In this document: positions 10,222-20,817 of the stretch, in pieces
Numbering within the stretch: position 1 is the first letter of the stretch
Layout: each line of letters starts with the position of its first letter
From: Limisphaerales bacterium
GTDB taxonomy: Bacteria; Verrucomicrobiota; Verrucomicrobiia; Limisphaerales; SIBE01
DNA: 41,648 nucleotides
Direction: 5' to 3'
NCBI GenBank assembly: GCA_044225505.1
Contig: JBGAIN010000062.1
Coordinates: 1-41,648 of the forward strand
Position numbers and translations under genes: made by a program
The notes under the pieces: generated by a model
What the model was told of the DNA's origin: nothing
Seen by the model: only the letters and a program-made list of their open reading frames with translations
Database searches by the model: none

Positions 10222-12618
10222 ATGACGATGGCAATGACAACGATTCGACGGTTGAGGTGTTTCATGGGAGCTCTGCTATTCCTCGTGAGCGTTCTGGCGC
10301 AAGGAGCGGAGTATTACGTGGCCCCTGTCGGCGACGATGCGAATCCTGGCACGTTGGAACGGCCGTTTGCGACGCTCCGCCGTGCTCAACAAGCGGTTCG
10401 GGTCAAACCCGGCCCGGTGTTTCTGCGAGGCGGAACCTACTATCTTCCTGTGAAGGTGGTCTTCCTGCCCGAGGATTCGGGGACCGAGGCTGCTCCGAAT
10501 ACCTACCAAGCCTACGGCGATGAGAGACCCGTTCTGAGCGGCGGCGTCAAGTTGGACGCCTTGAATTGGCGCCCGTACCGTGACGGAATCATTCAAGCGG
10601 ACGTTCCCGAGGGTTTGCGCACGGAGGAACTGTTTGTGAATGGCGAACGGCAAATCCTGGCTCGATATCCGAATTTCGATGCGGGCGCACAGTATTTCGA
10701 CGGATTTGCGGCCGACGCGATCTCGGTCGAGCGAGCTGCCCGTTGGTCGGCTCCCGAGGGCGGCTACTTTCATGCCATGCATCCTGCCCTCTGGGGTGAC
10801 TTTACCTGGCGGATTACAGGCAAAGACCCAAGCGGCGTAGTAATGAAGATTGGTGGGTGGCAGAACAATCGGGGCGGCGCGGTGCACAACAAGATCCGCT
10901 TCGTCGAAAATATTTTTGAAGAACTCGACTCGCCCGGAGAATGGTTTTTGAACACGACGACTCACACTCTTTTCTTCTATCCGCGTCCGGGGCTCGACTT
11001 GGCCAAGGCCGTGGTGGAAGCGACCCGGCTGGATTGCCTGATTGAGTTTCAGGGCACCCACGATAAACCGGTGCGCTTCGTAGGGCTTAAGGGACTGACG
11101 TTGCGTCATGCCGCCCGGACGGTGATGCAGACGCAAGAACCGTTGATGCGCACGGATTGGGCCATCTATCGGGGTGGAGCGGTGCTTTTTCAAGGCACGG
11201 AGGACTGTGCGCTCGAGGACAGTTTCTTGGACCAGGTCGGTGGTAACGCCGTTTTTGTAAATCATTATAATCGGCGGGTCGTGATCCGCGCTTGTCATAT
11301 TGCCAGGGCAGGGGCCAGCGGCATCTGTTTCGTCGGTGATCCTCAAGCGGCGCGTAGTCCTTTGTTCAACTACAGCCAGGTGAATCGCCTGGAGGATCTC
11401 GATCGTACGCCGGGGCCGCGTTCGGACAACTATCCGGCCGATTGCCTGGTTGACGATTGTCTCATCTATCTTACCGGGCGAGTCGAAAAACAGACGGCTG
11501 GAGTTAATATTGATCTGTCGCAACGAATCACCGTGCGGCACTGCTCGATCTACGATATGCCACGAGCGGGCATCAATATTGGGGATGGGTGCTGGGGTGG
11601 GCACGTCATCGAATTCTGCGACGTGTTCGACACCGTCAAGGAGACCGGCGACCATGGTTCATTCAACTCTTGGGGACGGGATCGCTTCTGGCGACCTAAT
11701 GTCGCGGAGGTCAATGCCTGGGTTAAACAAGCTCCCGAACTCCCACGGTTGGATGCGGTCGCGCCCGTGAGTTTAAGGAACAACCGTTGGCGTTGCGATC
11801 ATGGCTGGGACATTGATCTCGATGATGGCTCTTCTTTCTATGTCATTCAGAATAATCTCTGTTTGCGGGGCGGCATCAAGAATCGTGAGGGCTACGGCCG
11901 AATCGTGGAGAACAACATAATGGTCGGGTCCAGCTTGCATCCTCATGTCTGGTATGCGGAAAGCGGTGATGTTTTCCGGCGTAATATCGTTTGGCGTGAG
12001 TATCAACCAGCACTAATGCCAGCTCCGCCTTGGGGCTTGGAACTAGACAACAATCTGATGCATCGAGAGGGAGCGACGAATGCTCCGGCAGAGCAGCTGC
12101 AAAAGCAGAGCGGGCGCGACGCGCATTCGAGGGTGGCCGACGCACACTTTATCGACCCCGCTCAAGGGGATTATCGCGTCAAGGACGGTTCTCCTGCTTT
12201 GGCCTTGGGTTTCCAGAACTTCCCGATGGATCAATTTGGAGTGCAGCGAAGTTCGCTGAAAGCCCTCGCGCGGACGCCAGTCTTGCCGGCGCATCGCCCA
12301 GTTAAATCGTCTACGGCCCGGGATACGGCGCGGCGCCGATGGTTAGAATCGAGCGTCCGAAACGTCGCCGATGCGGGCGAGGTCTCTGCGCTAGGTTTGC
12401 CCGGGCTCGCGGGAGTGTTGGTTGTCGAAGTTCCGTCGGGTTCGATTCTTGAGAAGTCCGGGCTGCACCCTGGGGATGTGATTCTCGCCCTAGATGGTCA
12501 CCCAACGCCTGGGGTAAGCGATTTACTTCAACAGGCTCCTGGCCTAGGAGATTACCAAACCTTGTCGCTCAACGTTTTCCGTCAACAGAAGGAGATAACG
12601 CTGACGGTCAAGCGGTAA
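10222..12618 (+). CDS. Secreted right-handed parallel beta-helix protein (GH141-like) with C-terminal PDZ domain
   Basis: Signal peptide; YYVAPVGDDANPGTLERPFATL; LARYPN; FVENIFEELDSPGEWF; DIDLDDGSS; PDZ-like GVLVVEVPSGS..EKSGLHPGDVILALDG. Confidence 0.82.
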   Translation: MTMAMTTIRRLRCFMGALLFLVSVLAQGAEYYVAPVGDDANPGTLERPFATLRRAQQAVRVKPGPVFLRGGTYYLPVKVVFLPEDSGTEAAPNTYQAYGDERPVLSGGVKLDALNWRPYRDGIIQADVPEGLRTEELFVNGERQILARYPNFDAGAQYFDGFAADAISVERAARWSAPEGGYFHAMHPALWGDFTWRITGKDPSGVVMKIGGWQNNRGGAVHNKIRFVENIFEELDSPGEWFLNTTTHTLFFYPRPGLDLAKAVVEATRLDCLIEFQGTHDKPVRFVGLKGLTLRHAARTVMQTQEPLMRTDWAIYRGGAVLFQGTEDCALEDSFLDQVGGNAVFVNHYNRRVVIRACHIARAGASGICFVGDPQAARSPLFNYSQVNRLEDLDRTPGPRSDNYPADCLVDDCLIYLTGRVEKQTAGVNIDLSQRITVRHCSIYDMPRAGINIGDGCWGGHVIEFCDVFDTVKETGDHGSFNSWGRDRFWRPNVAEVNAWVKQAPELPRLDAVAPVSLRNNRWRCDHGWDIDLDDGSSFYVIQNNLCLRGGIKNREGYGRIVENNIMVGSSLHPHVWYAESGDVFRRNIVWREYQPALMPAPPWGLELDNNLMHREGATNAPAEQLQKQSGRDAHSRVADAHFIDPAQGDYRVKDGSPALALGFQNFPMDQFGVQRSSLKALARTPVLPAHRPVKSSTARDTARRRWLESSVRNVADAGEVSALGLPGLAGVLVVEVPSGSILEKSGLHPGDVILALDGHPTPGVSDLLQQAPGLGDYQTLSLNVFRQQKEITLTVKR

Positions 12619-12741
12619 GGCTCTCGTGCAAAGAACCAAAGCTCTCGTTGCATGCGAGGCGGCAATGCACTTCCTCTTGGACGTGGAGCTTTGGATCCAA
12701 CAAGGCGCCCGATCTAAACACAGCGCCAGCGAGTCTGCGGC

Positions 12742-15552
12742 CTAAACCATCAGGTCGCAGAACAAAAACTTGCTCCAGCAGAGGAACGTCGAAAACAAGT
12801 GCTGATGGGCGGTGGCGGCAACTCGGCGCGCCGACCGGATGGCACGAAACTCCCGGTTGTCGGTTTTGTGGAGCGATAGCAACGACGTTTCTAAAGCTTG
12901 CCGCAGCTCTTGCACTTGCGGCGCATCCCAGATCGTCAGATGGTCTCCTGGCACTTTAATGACCTGGATCCCTTGTCGGAAAAATCGCTTCCAGCCCAGA
13001 CATTGATCGTAGTCCTGGTCTTTAGAATAAGTGGAGACGTCTCCTTCAGCGCGGATGAGGACGCCTCGTCCATCAAATGGGCGGGGCTCATAACGTTCCA
13101 ACGCCTTGATCCAGATACGGTCGATCAACGGCCACCGTTCCGCCCAGCTGGCAAGGTCGAGCTTCTCTCGTGAGGGGAGGAGCGCTTCATTCACCGCATT
13201 TCCGCTCTCCGCGGCAGCGTTTCCCTTGGCACGATGCGAGTTCAGCCACTTCAAAGGGTAAGACCATCCGATGCTGGCGAGCTGGCGCGCGTGGTATCGC
13301 GACTTTTGTTTGACCCGCTCCCACCCGACCGGTTTCATATTTCCGTCAAAGAGCAGAACCGCTTCGACAGAAATTCCGGCGCCCTCAAGTTGCTGGGCGA
13401 CTTCAAACGCCAGCGCAACCCCGTAAGAATATCCTGCCACGATGCACGAGTCAGAGGTCAGCGAATCGAGGATGAGTTTGGTGTGCGGGGCCGCTAGCTC
13501 CTGGACCGTTGGCAAAGCGTTATAATCACGACGTGCCGACGTCAGAAGAACATCCGAGGAATAGGGCGCCTCAGTAATGTAGAAAGGCGGCCGTTGGCTT
13601 TCGCTGGTTTTAAACCGCAGCCGATCCCAGTGCGCGTTTCGCCACACGAAATAGACCGGCGGCGCCACGTCGCCCGCCTGAAGTGTGACGACGAGCGGTT
13701 CGTTCGATTGCCGTTTTCCAGAAGCTAAAATCGCGGACAAACTCTCAATCGTTGGATTGCCAAGGAGTTGAGTGATCTCGAGATTGGCTTGAAACTCACG
13801 GTTGATTCTGCCAATGACGCGGGCCGCTAATAACGATTGCCCGCCCAGGTCGAAAAAGTCATCGCGGATTCCAATCCGTTGCCGTTCGAAGGCTTCTTCC
13901 CAGATCTTGGTTAGGGCAATCTCGAAATCTGTCTGCGGCGCCATGTACTCAGACATCTTTTGCGTTTCCGGATCTGGCTGAGGCAGTGCCTTGCGATCGA
14001 CCTTCCCATTCGGGTTCACTGGAAACGCCGAAAGGATCATGAAATGCGACGGCACCATGTGGTCCGGCAGCTTCTGCTTCATGAATTGCCGCAAGACCTC
14101 GCTTCCCGCGCTGGCTTGCGGTCGCAGCACCAGATACGCCACGAGGGATTTCTCACCTGTCCGAGCCTCTTTGGCCATGACCACACATTCTTTAACTTGT
14201 GGATGCGTCGAGAGGTAGGCCTCAACCTCTCCAAGTTCGACACGATAGCCTCGGATCTTGACTTGATCATCCACCCGGCCCTGGTATTCCAGATTCCCAT
14301 CCGGCAACCACCTCGCAGCGTCACCTGTCCGATAGAGTCGCCGCCCGAGCCCGGGAATGAATGGGTCATCCACGAACTTCTCGGCCGTCAACTCGGGCCG
14401 ATGCAAATAGCCCTGGGACACCTGTACTCCGCCGATGTAAAGCTCCCCGGAGGTGCCTGCGGGTACCGGATTCTTTTCGGAATCCAAAATGTAGATCTGC
14501 GTGTTTGACACCGGCCTCCCGATGGGTGGCCAGAAAGGCCAGTTGGCCGGATCCCCACTTAGCTCGAACCATGTGACAACGTGCGCCTCGGCAGGGCCGT
14601 ACTGATTGATCAACCGAGCGTCTTTGAGTTGGGCAAAGAACGACCGAATCGTGGGAGTCACGCGCAATTGCTCGCCCGCAGTGATAACCTCGCGTAACGA
14701 AGTTGGAATACATCGAGTCCTAATCGCCTCATCTGCAAGATATTCCAATGCGATAAACGGGAGGAAGATCCTCCGGATACTTTGCAGCTCAATGATTCGC
14801 AGTAATCCGGCAAAATCTCGCCGCGCTTGTCGGCAAAGCACCACCAATGTTCCACCAGTCGAGAGTGTCGCCAAGATCTCTTGAAAACAGACATCGAAAC
14901 CCAGCGGAGCGAATTGCAGCGTCCGGTCCCCAAGGCCGACGGACGAAGTACTGTTTTGCCATTGAATCAGGTTGACCAGCGGGCGATGAGGCATGCTGAC
15001 GCCCTTCGGTCGACCGGTAGATCCTGAGGTATAAATGACATAGGCCAAGTTATCGAGCGTGGTCTCGATGGGCGGATTTTTGACGGCGCTCTTCTTGGAC
15101 CCCGCTGTCCATGGGTCAATTTCAACAACTTGGCAGTCAGGGAAGGTAGCGCTGTCTGGCCCCTGGACGGCACGAACGAGCAAGGGCGCTTTACTATCGG
15201 CCATCATCAACTGCAACCGTTCTGCTGGATATTCCGGGTCGAGCGGCAAATAAGCGCCCCCAGCTTTGAGGATACCCAGAACTGCGATAACAAATTCAAT
15301 CGAGCGGCCGGTGTCGATTCCGACCGGGGTATTGGGCCCCACGCCTTTGGCCCGCAACGTGTAAGCCAACTGATTGGCACGATCGTTCAGTTCGCGGTAG
15401 GTCAACGACTGATCACCGAATTCAACAGCGGTCGTGTCTGGCGAGCGGTCAACTTGCGCTTCGAACAAAGCTTGAACACTGACCTCTCTTGGATATTGCT
15501 GGTCCGTCTGGTTCCATCCGAACAGCAGCTGATGGCGCTCCGAATCTGTCAT
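12742..15552 (-). CDS. Stand-alone NRPS module: adenylation - PCP - thioesterase
   Basis: A-domain cores LTYREL, LKAGGAYLPLDP, AYVIYTSGSTGRPKG, NQYGPAE, LYRTGD, GRVDDQVKIRGYRVELGEVE and NGKVDR; PCP DFFDLGGQSL; TE GYSYG and VPGDH. Confidence 0.93.
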   Translation of the reverse strand: MTDSERHQLLFGWNQTDQQYPREVSVQALFEAQVDRSPDTTAVEFGDQSLTYRELNDRANQLAYTLRAKGVGPNTPVGIDTGRSIEFVIAVLGILKAGGAYLPLDPEYPAERLQLMMADSKAPLLVRAVQGPDSATFPDCQVVEIDPWTAGSKKSAVKNPPIETTLDNLAYVIYTSGSTGRPKGVSMPHRPLVNLIQWQNSTSSVGLGDRTLQFAPLGFDVCFQEILATLSTGGTLVVLCRQARRDFAGLLRIIELQSIRRIFLPFIALEYLADEAIRTRCIPTSLREVITAGEQLRVTPTIRSFFAQLKDARLINQYGPAEAHVVTWFELSGDPANWPFWPPIGRPVSNTQIYILDSEKNPVPAGTSGELYIGGVQVSQGYLHRPELTAEKFVDDPFIPGLGRRLYRTGDAARWLPDGNLEYQGRVDDQVKIRGYRVELGEVEAYLSTHPQVKECVVMAKEARTGEKSLVAYLVLRPQASAGSEVLRQFMKQKLPDHMVPSHFMILSAFPVNPNGKVDRKALPQPDPETQKMSEYMAPQTDFEIALTKIWEEAFERQRIGIRDDFFDLGGQSLLAARVIGRINREFQANLEITQLLGNPTIESLSAILASGKRQSNEPLVVTLQAGDVAPPVYFVWRNAHWDRLRFKTSESQRPPFYITEAPYSSDVLLTSARRDYNALPTVQELAAPHTKLILDSLTSDSCIVAGYSYGVALAFEVAQQLEGAGISVEAVLLFDGNMKPVGWERVKQKSRYHARQLASIGWSYPLKWLNSHRAKGNAAAESGNAVNEALLPSREKLDLASWAERWPLIDRIWIKALERYEPRPFDGRGVLIRAEGDVSTYSKDQDYDQCLGWKRFFRQGIQVIKVPGDHLTIWDAPQVQELRQALETSLLSLHKTDNREFRAIRSARRVAATAHQHLFSTFLCWSKFLFCDLMV

Positions 15553-16336
15553 TTAAGTAAGTGTTGGGGCGCCATAGTGGCGAACGGCGCAATAGATACC
15601 CTCAATTTATCTCACGATGAAACGGCACTGAAAAGACTATTATCCATGTATCAGACCAGAAGACGCTCGTCAATTGTCCGTCATTCATAAACCTGGTGAA
15701 GCAGGCACCGCCGTCTAGCAACATTAGGGCCGTATCGAGTGTTTATGGGCTCTCTCCTGAGCTGCCTTTCCACTTGGCACGGGCCTTGTCAGCATTCGTC
15801 TCGGCACTTACTCATTCCACTCCGGTCGGAGAAGCAAGCGGTTTGCCAAACCAGCGCTATTGCTCGAGAATCCAGCTTTGCCGAGCCATGTCCCCGGATC
15901 TCCAGGCTCGATCGTTCCACTACCCCCGTCGATCTCGCTCGGGGACGGTTGATAAAGCTACATACACAGGATGGTGCTGGGTGTAGTCACCCTGCTTTTC
16001 AGTTTCGCGCACTCGCTTCACCGAAGACTTGGGAAGCCCGGCGGGAGGAGAACGGTCATTCGACGGTCGCAGAGAGTTTGCCGGTTTCATCCTCGGTCTC
16101 TCTCTGCCCAGTGGCTCGTCTTGTGCCCAGAATCTGTCTACCAAGTGTCTTGAATCTGTTAGTATTGCCTCGAGTTCTGTTTCCGGTGGTTGCCTTCTGC
16201 ATTGAGACGCGGCTCGGCTGGCATCCCATGAGGCTGTGGGTGATTCCACTCGCGGGAAATGGCCCGGTATCCCGTCGCCCGTTGCGGATGAACGTAGAGA
16301 TCGCCATTCGTTCGCCCATGTGCTACGGGTGATGAC

Positions 16337-17011
16337 GTGCGGAGATTATTGGCCATGAGCTTGGTGACCTTTACTTGTTTAGCCCGAGCCGACATGGATC
16401 AGTCCTTCGTGCCGCCCGAATCCGCGGTCCGACTCGATACTCAGGTTGGAGTTGCTCCCTTTTTCGCCGGAGCTCAGACTTTCACGCCGCGTGTCAGTGG
16501 GCAGTTGGAGGGATTTGATTTTCTGGTCCGGGCCGCTGGTGGCGAGCCACTGAAAGCCAAGTTACGCGTGCAAGTTCAGACGACCACTGCTCAAGGCAAG
16601 CCATCAGGGAGTTCGCTCGGGACCGTGTTGGTGGCGCCTTCTTTCCTTACGGATCAACCAAGCTTGTTGAAGCACATCGCGTTGGACGGTCAGAGCATAT
16701 CGTTGAGGGCCGGCGAACTCTATGCCGTGGTTTTCGAAGCGGTGCCTTTCATTTCGGGAGGCAATGCAGCCTATGATTTCAGGGGCTATTCGGTGAGTCA
16801 GCTTGGAGGCAGTTACTCCTACAATCTGGGCCAGGGCATGTTCAGCGAGGACGGTCGCACTTGGCGGGATTACGCCGGGGCTGACTTTGACTATGTGTTT
16901 AACACTTACATGTCCGTGCCGGAGCTCCCGGCCGCACGGTTGATGGGATGGGTCGGGGCCTCGCTCGGAATCGTCGTCTGGCTTGGGACGCGGAGACACC
17001 CGACGAACTAA
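16337..17011 (+). CDS. Secreted protein with PEP-CTERM-like sorting signal
   Basis: Signal peptide; C-terminal VPELP + hydrophobic stretch + TRRH basic tail. Confidence 0.7.
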   Translation: MRRLLAMSLVTFTCLARADMDQSFVPPESAVRLDTQVGVAPFFAGAQTFTPRVSGQLEGFDFLVRAAGGEPLKAKLRVQVQTTTAQGKPSGSSLGTVLVAPSFLTDQPSLLKHIALDGQSISLRAGELYAVVFEAVPFISGGNAAYDFRGYSVSQLGGSYSYNLGQGMFSEDGRTWRDYAGADFDYVFNTYMSVPELPAARLMGWVGASLGIVVWLGTRRHPTN

Positions 17012-17049
17012 GCACCCGCGTTTTGGGACGCCCGGTGGGAGGCCCCGCA

Positions 17050-20000
17050 TCACCGCTTTTCGTAGTCCGGTCGCGGGACACTTCGAGGCATCGCTCCAAC
17101 CATCAACCGCTTTTCAATTTCATGAATCGCCCTTTCAAGTTGGACATCGATCCCTCGCGCCATGGCGGCAGGGTCTTCGACTACTTCAATATCCGGATCG
17201 ACTCCATGGCCTTCGGCAAACCACTGGCCGTTCGGGCCATAAAGACGGCAAGGCGGCACCACAACGGTCCCTCCGTCGATGAGTTCGTGTCCCATGGCCG
17301 GCCCGATCAAGCCCCCCCAGGTGCGTGTGCCAATGATGGGTCCGCGTTGGGCGGTATGGAAATACCAGGGAAAGGCATCGCCGCCTGAACCGGCCCAACC
17401 ATTGATGAGCATGGCTTGGGGACCAAAGTGCGCCACGCTAGGGAGTTGCTGGTCTTTACCGTAGCGCCAAGCCAGGCCACCGTAAGCCCGCCGCCCCAGG
17501 AGTTCCAGGAAGCGATCGGCCAATCGGCCGCCGCTGTTGAATCGTTCGTCGATGATCAACCCTGGCTTGTCCCATTGCGCCTTGAACTGGCGCATGAGGT
17601 TGTTTTGCCCGGCGGTGCTTGTATCGGGCATATAGACATATCCGATACGCCCGTCGCTCGCCTGGTCGACGCGGCGCCGATTGGCTTCCACCCAGGCGAG
17701 TTGGCGGAGGTTCGATTCTTCACTGCTGCTCAGCGTTTCAACGAGGACTTCCTGTGCGCCGTCGACCGATGGTTTCTGATTGACGGTTAGCGCCACGGTT
17801 TGTTTTTCGAGACCCTCAAAGGCGCTCCAGGGATCTTTGGTGACGTCGAGGGGGATCCGGTTAACGGCCAGAATATAATCGCCTTCTTTGACCTTCAACC
17901 CGGGTTGGTCCAGCGCGGATCGAACGCCCTGATCCCAAGGCGCACCGCGCACAATGGTGCGGACCCGATAAGCACCTGCATCGACACTCCAATCGACGCC
18001 TAACATGCCCACTCCGCGGCTCCGGCTAACTTCGGAATCCCCGCCTCCGCGGTAGGTGTGCGAAGCATTCAGTTCGCCGATCAACTCCCCAATGATGAAA
18101 TTCACATCCCAGCGGGTCACCGCGCCGTCGAGCAGTCGTCCGTAGCGCTCGCGCAGGGCGGGCCAGTCCAAGCCGTGCATGGCTGGATCGTAGAAAAAGT
18201 CGCGGTTTAATCGCCAAGCTTCAGTGAAGATTTGGCGCCATTCGGCCCTCGGATCGACCATGGTTTCCAGTTTATCCACGGCCAAAGGCTTTTCGAACTT
18301 CTGATCTTTCTTCGGTTCAATCAAGGCGAACTGGCGATTCCGTTCGACCAGGATCTTTTTTCCGTCCGCGGTGACCTCAAACGAATTCACATCGTCCAGA
18401 ACGGTCTCCTCTTTACGCTCTTTGAAGTCATAATATGCCAGGCGACGTTTCCTCTCCGTGGCGCCAGCATCGGGCAACCGCAAGTATACGACTTTTCCAG
18501 GAACCGACGCTAACATTCCGTAATTCCCAGGAATGGGTGGTAATACGGTTAAGCGTCGTTCCAGCCCTTCCAGGTCAATTGTCACTGGGGTAGGATCTTT
18601 TTTCTTCGCCTTATCCGCCTCGTCTTTGGAACCATCGGGGGTTTTCTTGTCGTTTTCCCCGGCTGGTTTTGCGGAATCTTTTTTGTCGTCGGACTCTGTT
18701 TCCAGGTCATCGCGCGGAGCCAACGGCGAGGGGACATCCCCCCGGAGCGAGATGGCCGCGATTCGCGTGGCATTGGCGTAAACCCACGTGCTGTCGTCCA
18801 TCGTCCCGTAGATCGGGTTCATCTCACGATCCGTTAGCAAGTAAAGATACTTTCCCTCGCTGTCGAAGATGGGCGATTGTTCGCTATAGAATCCGGAAGT
18901 GGCCCGATGCTTTTGACGGTTGTTGAGATCGTAAAGCCAGATGGAATCGTTCGCGTTTGCATTCGCTTTGGCATACGCCAGCCACCGGCTATCGGGCGAC
19001 CACGCCAGCCGGTAATTCTCCAGACTGCTATGCATGAGCCACTGTAGTTCGTCGACTTTCACTCGCGCTTTGTCGTCGGGCGTGACGATCCAGACCGTCA
19101 TTCGGTTGTCGACAAATGCTAGCTTTCGGCTGTCGGGCGACCAAAATAAGGCATAGCGAAACCCAGGACCGAACGTCGTGATAATCTTCTCGTCGCCACG
19201 GGTTTCGGCGGGGCGAATGGCTAATTCGTAGTCCCCGTTTCGGTCCGTCCAATAAGCGATCTGCTTGCCGTCGGGTGACCACGCTGGACTGCGTTCGGCA
19301 ACGCCCGAACTTCGAGTCAGGTTGATCAGCGGGCCGTGCTCGGCCGGCACCGTAAAAAGGTCGCCCCGCGCGGAAAAGGCCACACGCTTGCCGCTCGGCG
19401 AGACCGACGGGTCCTGGGCGAGCTTGCCGACGTTCTTGTTCTGAGGCTTCAGGGTTGCCAGGTCCGTGACGATATTCACGTCGATCGTCCGGTAGCGTTC
19501 CGTCTCCAGGTCGAGCACGTAGAGTCGTCCACCCGCCTCAAACACCAAGTCGGCGGGCCCGATTCCCGCTGACAGGACATCCATGTCCGTGAACTGGGTG
19601 ACCTGCCGGACCTTTTGACTGTCCATTGAATAGGCCCAGAGATTGAAGTGTCCGGTCGGACCCCGGTCGGATACGAAATAGACAGTGCGTCCGTGCCACA
19701 TCGGCAGATCGTCCGTCGCGGGATCATCCGTGATCCGGCGCGCGTCCAGCGTCCTGAGGTTAAATAGCCAGACGTCCGGCGCCGTGCCGCCGCGATAACG
19801 TTTCCAGGTGCCCTGGCGCAGGGTGGGGGTGTAGGCGACCCACTGCCCGTCTTCCGAAAGCGCTGCCATTTCGGCGTATGGGATCGGAAGTTTTTCCGGC
19901 AAGCCGCCGCGCCAGCCCACGCGATACAGTTGCATGAAGCGGTAACTGCCACTCTCGCGACCCGAGGCGAAGAGCAGCGACTGGCCGTCTCGGGTCCAAT

Positions 20001-20349
20001 CGAGCATCCGGTCGGAACCCGGGTGATGCGTGACACGGGTCACCGGTCCACCGGACGCATCCACCACGTAGACGTCGGAGTTGCCATCGTAATTCCCCGT
20101 GAAGGCGATCTTGGATCCGTCCGGGGAGAAGCGCGGAAACGATTCTTCTCCTGGAGGCGAACTGAGGCGTTGTGCGGTGCCGCCTTCTTTCGGCACGACC
20201 CAAATATCTCCGGCGTAGACAAAAGTGATCTGAGTTTTCGAGATGTCTGGTTGCCGAAGCAGGTGAGCATCGACACCGGCCCAAACGTCAGCGGTTAGGG
20301 CAATCCCAGCAACTGTGACGCTAAACGCGATGAAACGGAGAGTTTTCAT
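17050..20349 (-). CDS. Tricorn-like S41 peptidase (beta-propellers, PDZ, S41 catalytic domain)
   Basis: Signal peptide; PD40/TolB-like repeats (PRFSPDGSKIAF, PAWSPDGKQIAY); LIGELNASH; GLIIDERFNSGG; catalytic AGSGGD; IGTRTWGG. Confidence 0.93.
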   Translation of the reverse strand: MKTLRFIAFSVTVAGIALTADVWAGVDAHLLRQPDISKTQITFVYAGDIWVVPKEGGTAQRLSSPPGEESFPRFSPDGSKIAFTGNYDGNSDVYVVDASGGPVTRVTHHPGSDRMLDWTRDGQSLLFASGRESGSYRFMQLYRVGWRGGLPEKLPIPYAEMAALSEDGQWVAYTPTLRQGTWKRYRGGTAPDVWLFNLRTLDARRITDDPATDDLPMWHGRTVYFVSDRGPTGHFNLWAYSMDSQKVRQVTQFTDMDVLSAGIGPADLVFEAGGRLYVLDLETERYRTIDVNIVTDLATLKPQNKNVGKLAQDPSVSPSGKRVAFSARGDLFTVPAEHGPLINLTRSSGVAERSPAWSPDGKQIAYWTDRNGDYELAIRPAETRGDEKIITTFGPGFRYALFWSPDSRKLAFVDNRMTVWIVTPDDKARVKVDELQWLMHSSLENYRLAWSPDSRWLAYAKANANANDSIWLYDLNNRQKHRATSGFYSEQSPIFDSEGKYLYLLTDREMNPIYGTMDDSTWVYANATRIAAISLRGDVPSPLAPRDDLETESDDKKDSAKPAGENDKKTPDGSKDEADKAKKKDPTPVTIDLEGLERRLTVLPPIPGNYGMLASVPGKVVYLRLPDAGATERKRRLAYYDFKERKEETVLDDVNSFEVTADGKKILVERNRQFALIEPKKDQKFEKPLAVDKLETMVDPRAEWRQIFTEAWRLNRDFFYDPAMHGLDWPALRERYGRLLDGAVTRWDVNFIIGELIGELNASHTYRGGGDSEVSRSRGVGMLGVDWSVDAGAYRVRTIVRGAPWDQGVRSALDQPGLKVKEGDYILAVNRIPLDVTKDPWSAFEGLEKQTVALTVNQKPSVDGAQEVLVETLSSSEESNLRQLAWVEANRRRVDQASDGRIGYVYMPDTSTAGQNNLMRQFKAQWDKPGLIIDERFNSGGRLADRFLELLGRRAYGGLAWRYGKDQQLPSVAHFGPQAMLINGWAGSGGDAFPWYFHTAQRGPIIGTRTWGGLIGPAMGHELIDGGTVVVPPCRLYGPNGQWFAEGHGVDPDIEVVEDPAAMARGIDVQLERAIHEIEKRLMVGAMPRSVPRPDYEKR

Positions 20350-20448
20350 AGAACCAAGGAGTGCTCGTGTGGCTTCATTCCTAACCTGTACCAGGCGTTG
20401 TGTCGAGTTTTCGAAGTCCTTCAGGTGAATATGGGCGAGGAATATGGA

Positions 20449-20601
20449 GTGAACAGGCCGTTCACACGGTTGGCTTTCTTGTTAATCCTCGGTACGTCCA
20501 TCGGATTTCTGTGGATAAATCGAACAGAGACCCATGGGCCAGCGCATAGACTTCGAACGGAGATAGTTAGCCTCGGACACGCGCTGGTTCGAGAATCCTG
20601 A
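20449..20601 (+). CDS. Possible small single-TM protein (about 50 aa)
   Basis: GTG 20449 preceded by GAGGA; hydrophobic stretch LAFLLILGTSIGFLWI; sits in an otherwise empty intergenic region. Confidence 0.35.
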   Translation: MNRPFTRLAFLLILGTSIGFLWINRTETHGPAHRLRTEIVSLGHALVRES

Positions 20602-20817
20602 GCTGACCCGTCGAGCGGGTCGAGCCCCAGGACTAAGCGGCGGTCTGAACGACCGGCGCAGCCTGGCGGAGGCGCACGGTTGCAAAAAGCTTCACCTCAT
20701 TGAAGAGTCCTTGGCGGACATCCTAGCTCGTTCGCGCATCTTCTTTAAATGACCCTCGCGTTCCAGCGCGATCCCGGCCGTTGACACGTGGCTTGACAGC
20801 CAATTCATAATACGTCC

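Noticed and set aside
10276..11655. 459-aa minus-strand ORF
   Set aside because: Antisense shadow of the beta-helix gene, as expected in GC-rich DNA.
15696..16332. ORFs between the NRPS and the PEP-CTERM gene
   Set aside because: No recognisable domain, overlapping alternative frames, and no condensation-domain remnant seen.
20781..20811. Sigma70 promoter TTGACA...CATAAT before the Gfo/Idh/MocA gene
   Set aside because: Spacing is 19 nt from the first TTGACA and 7 nt from the second; plausible but not supportable.
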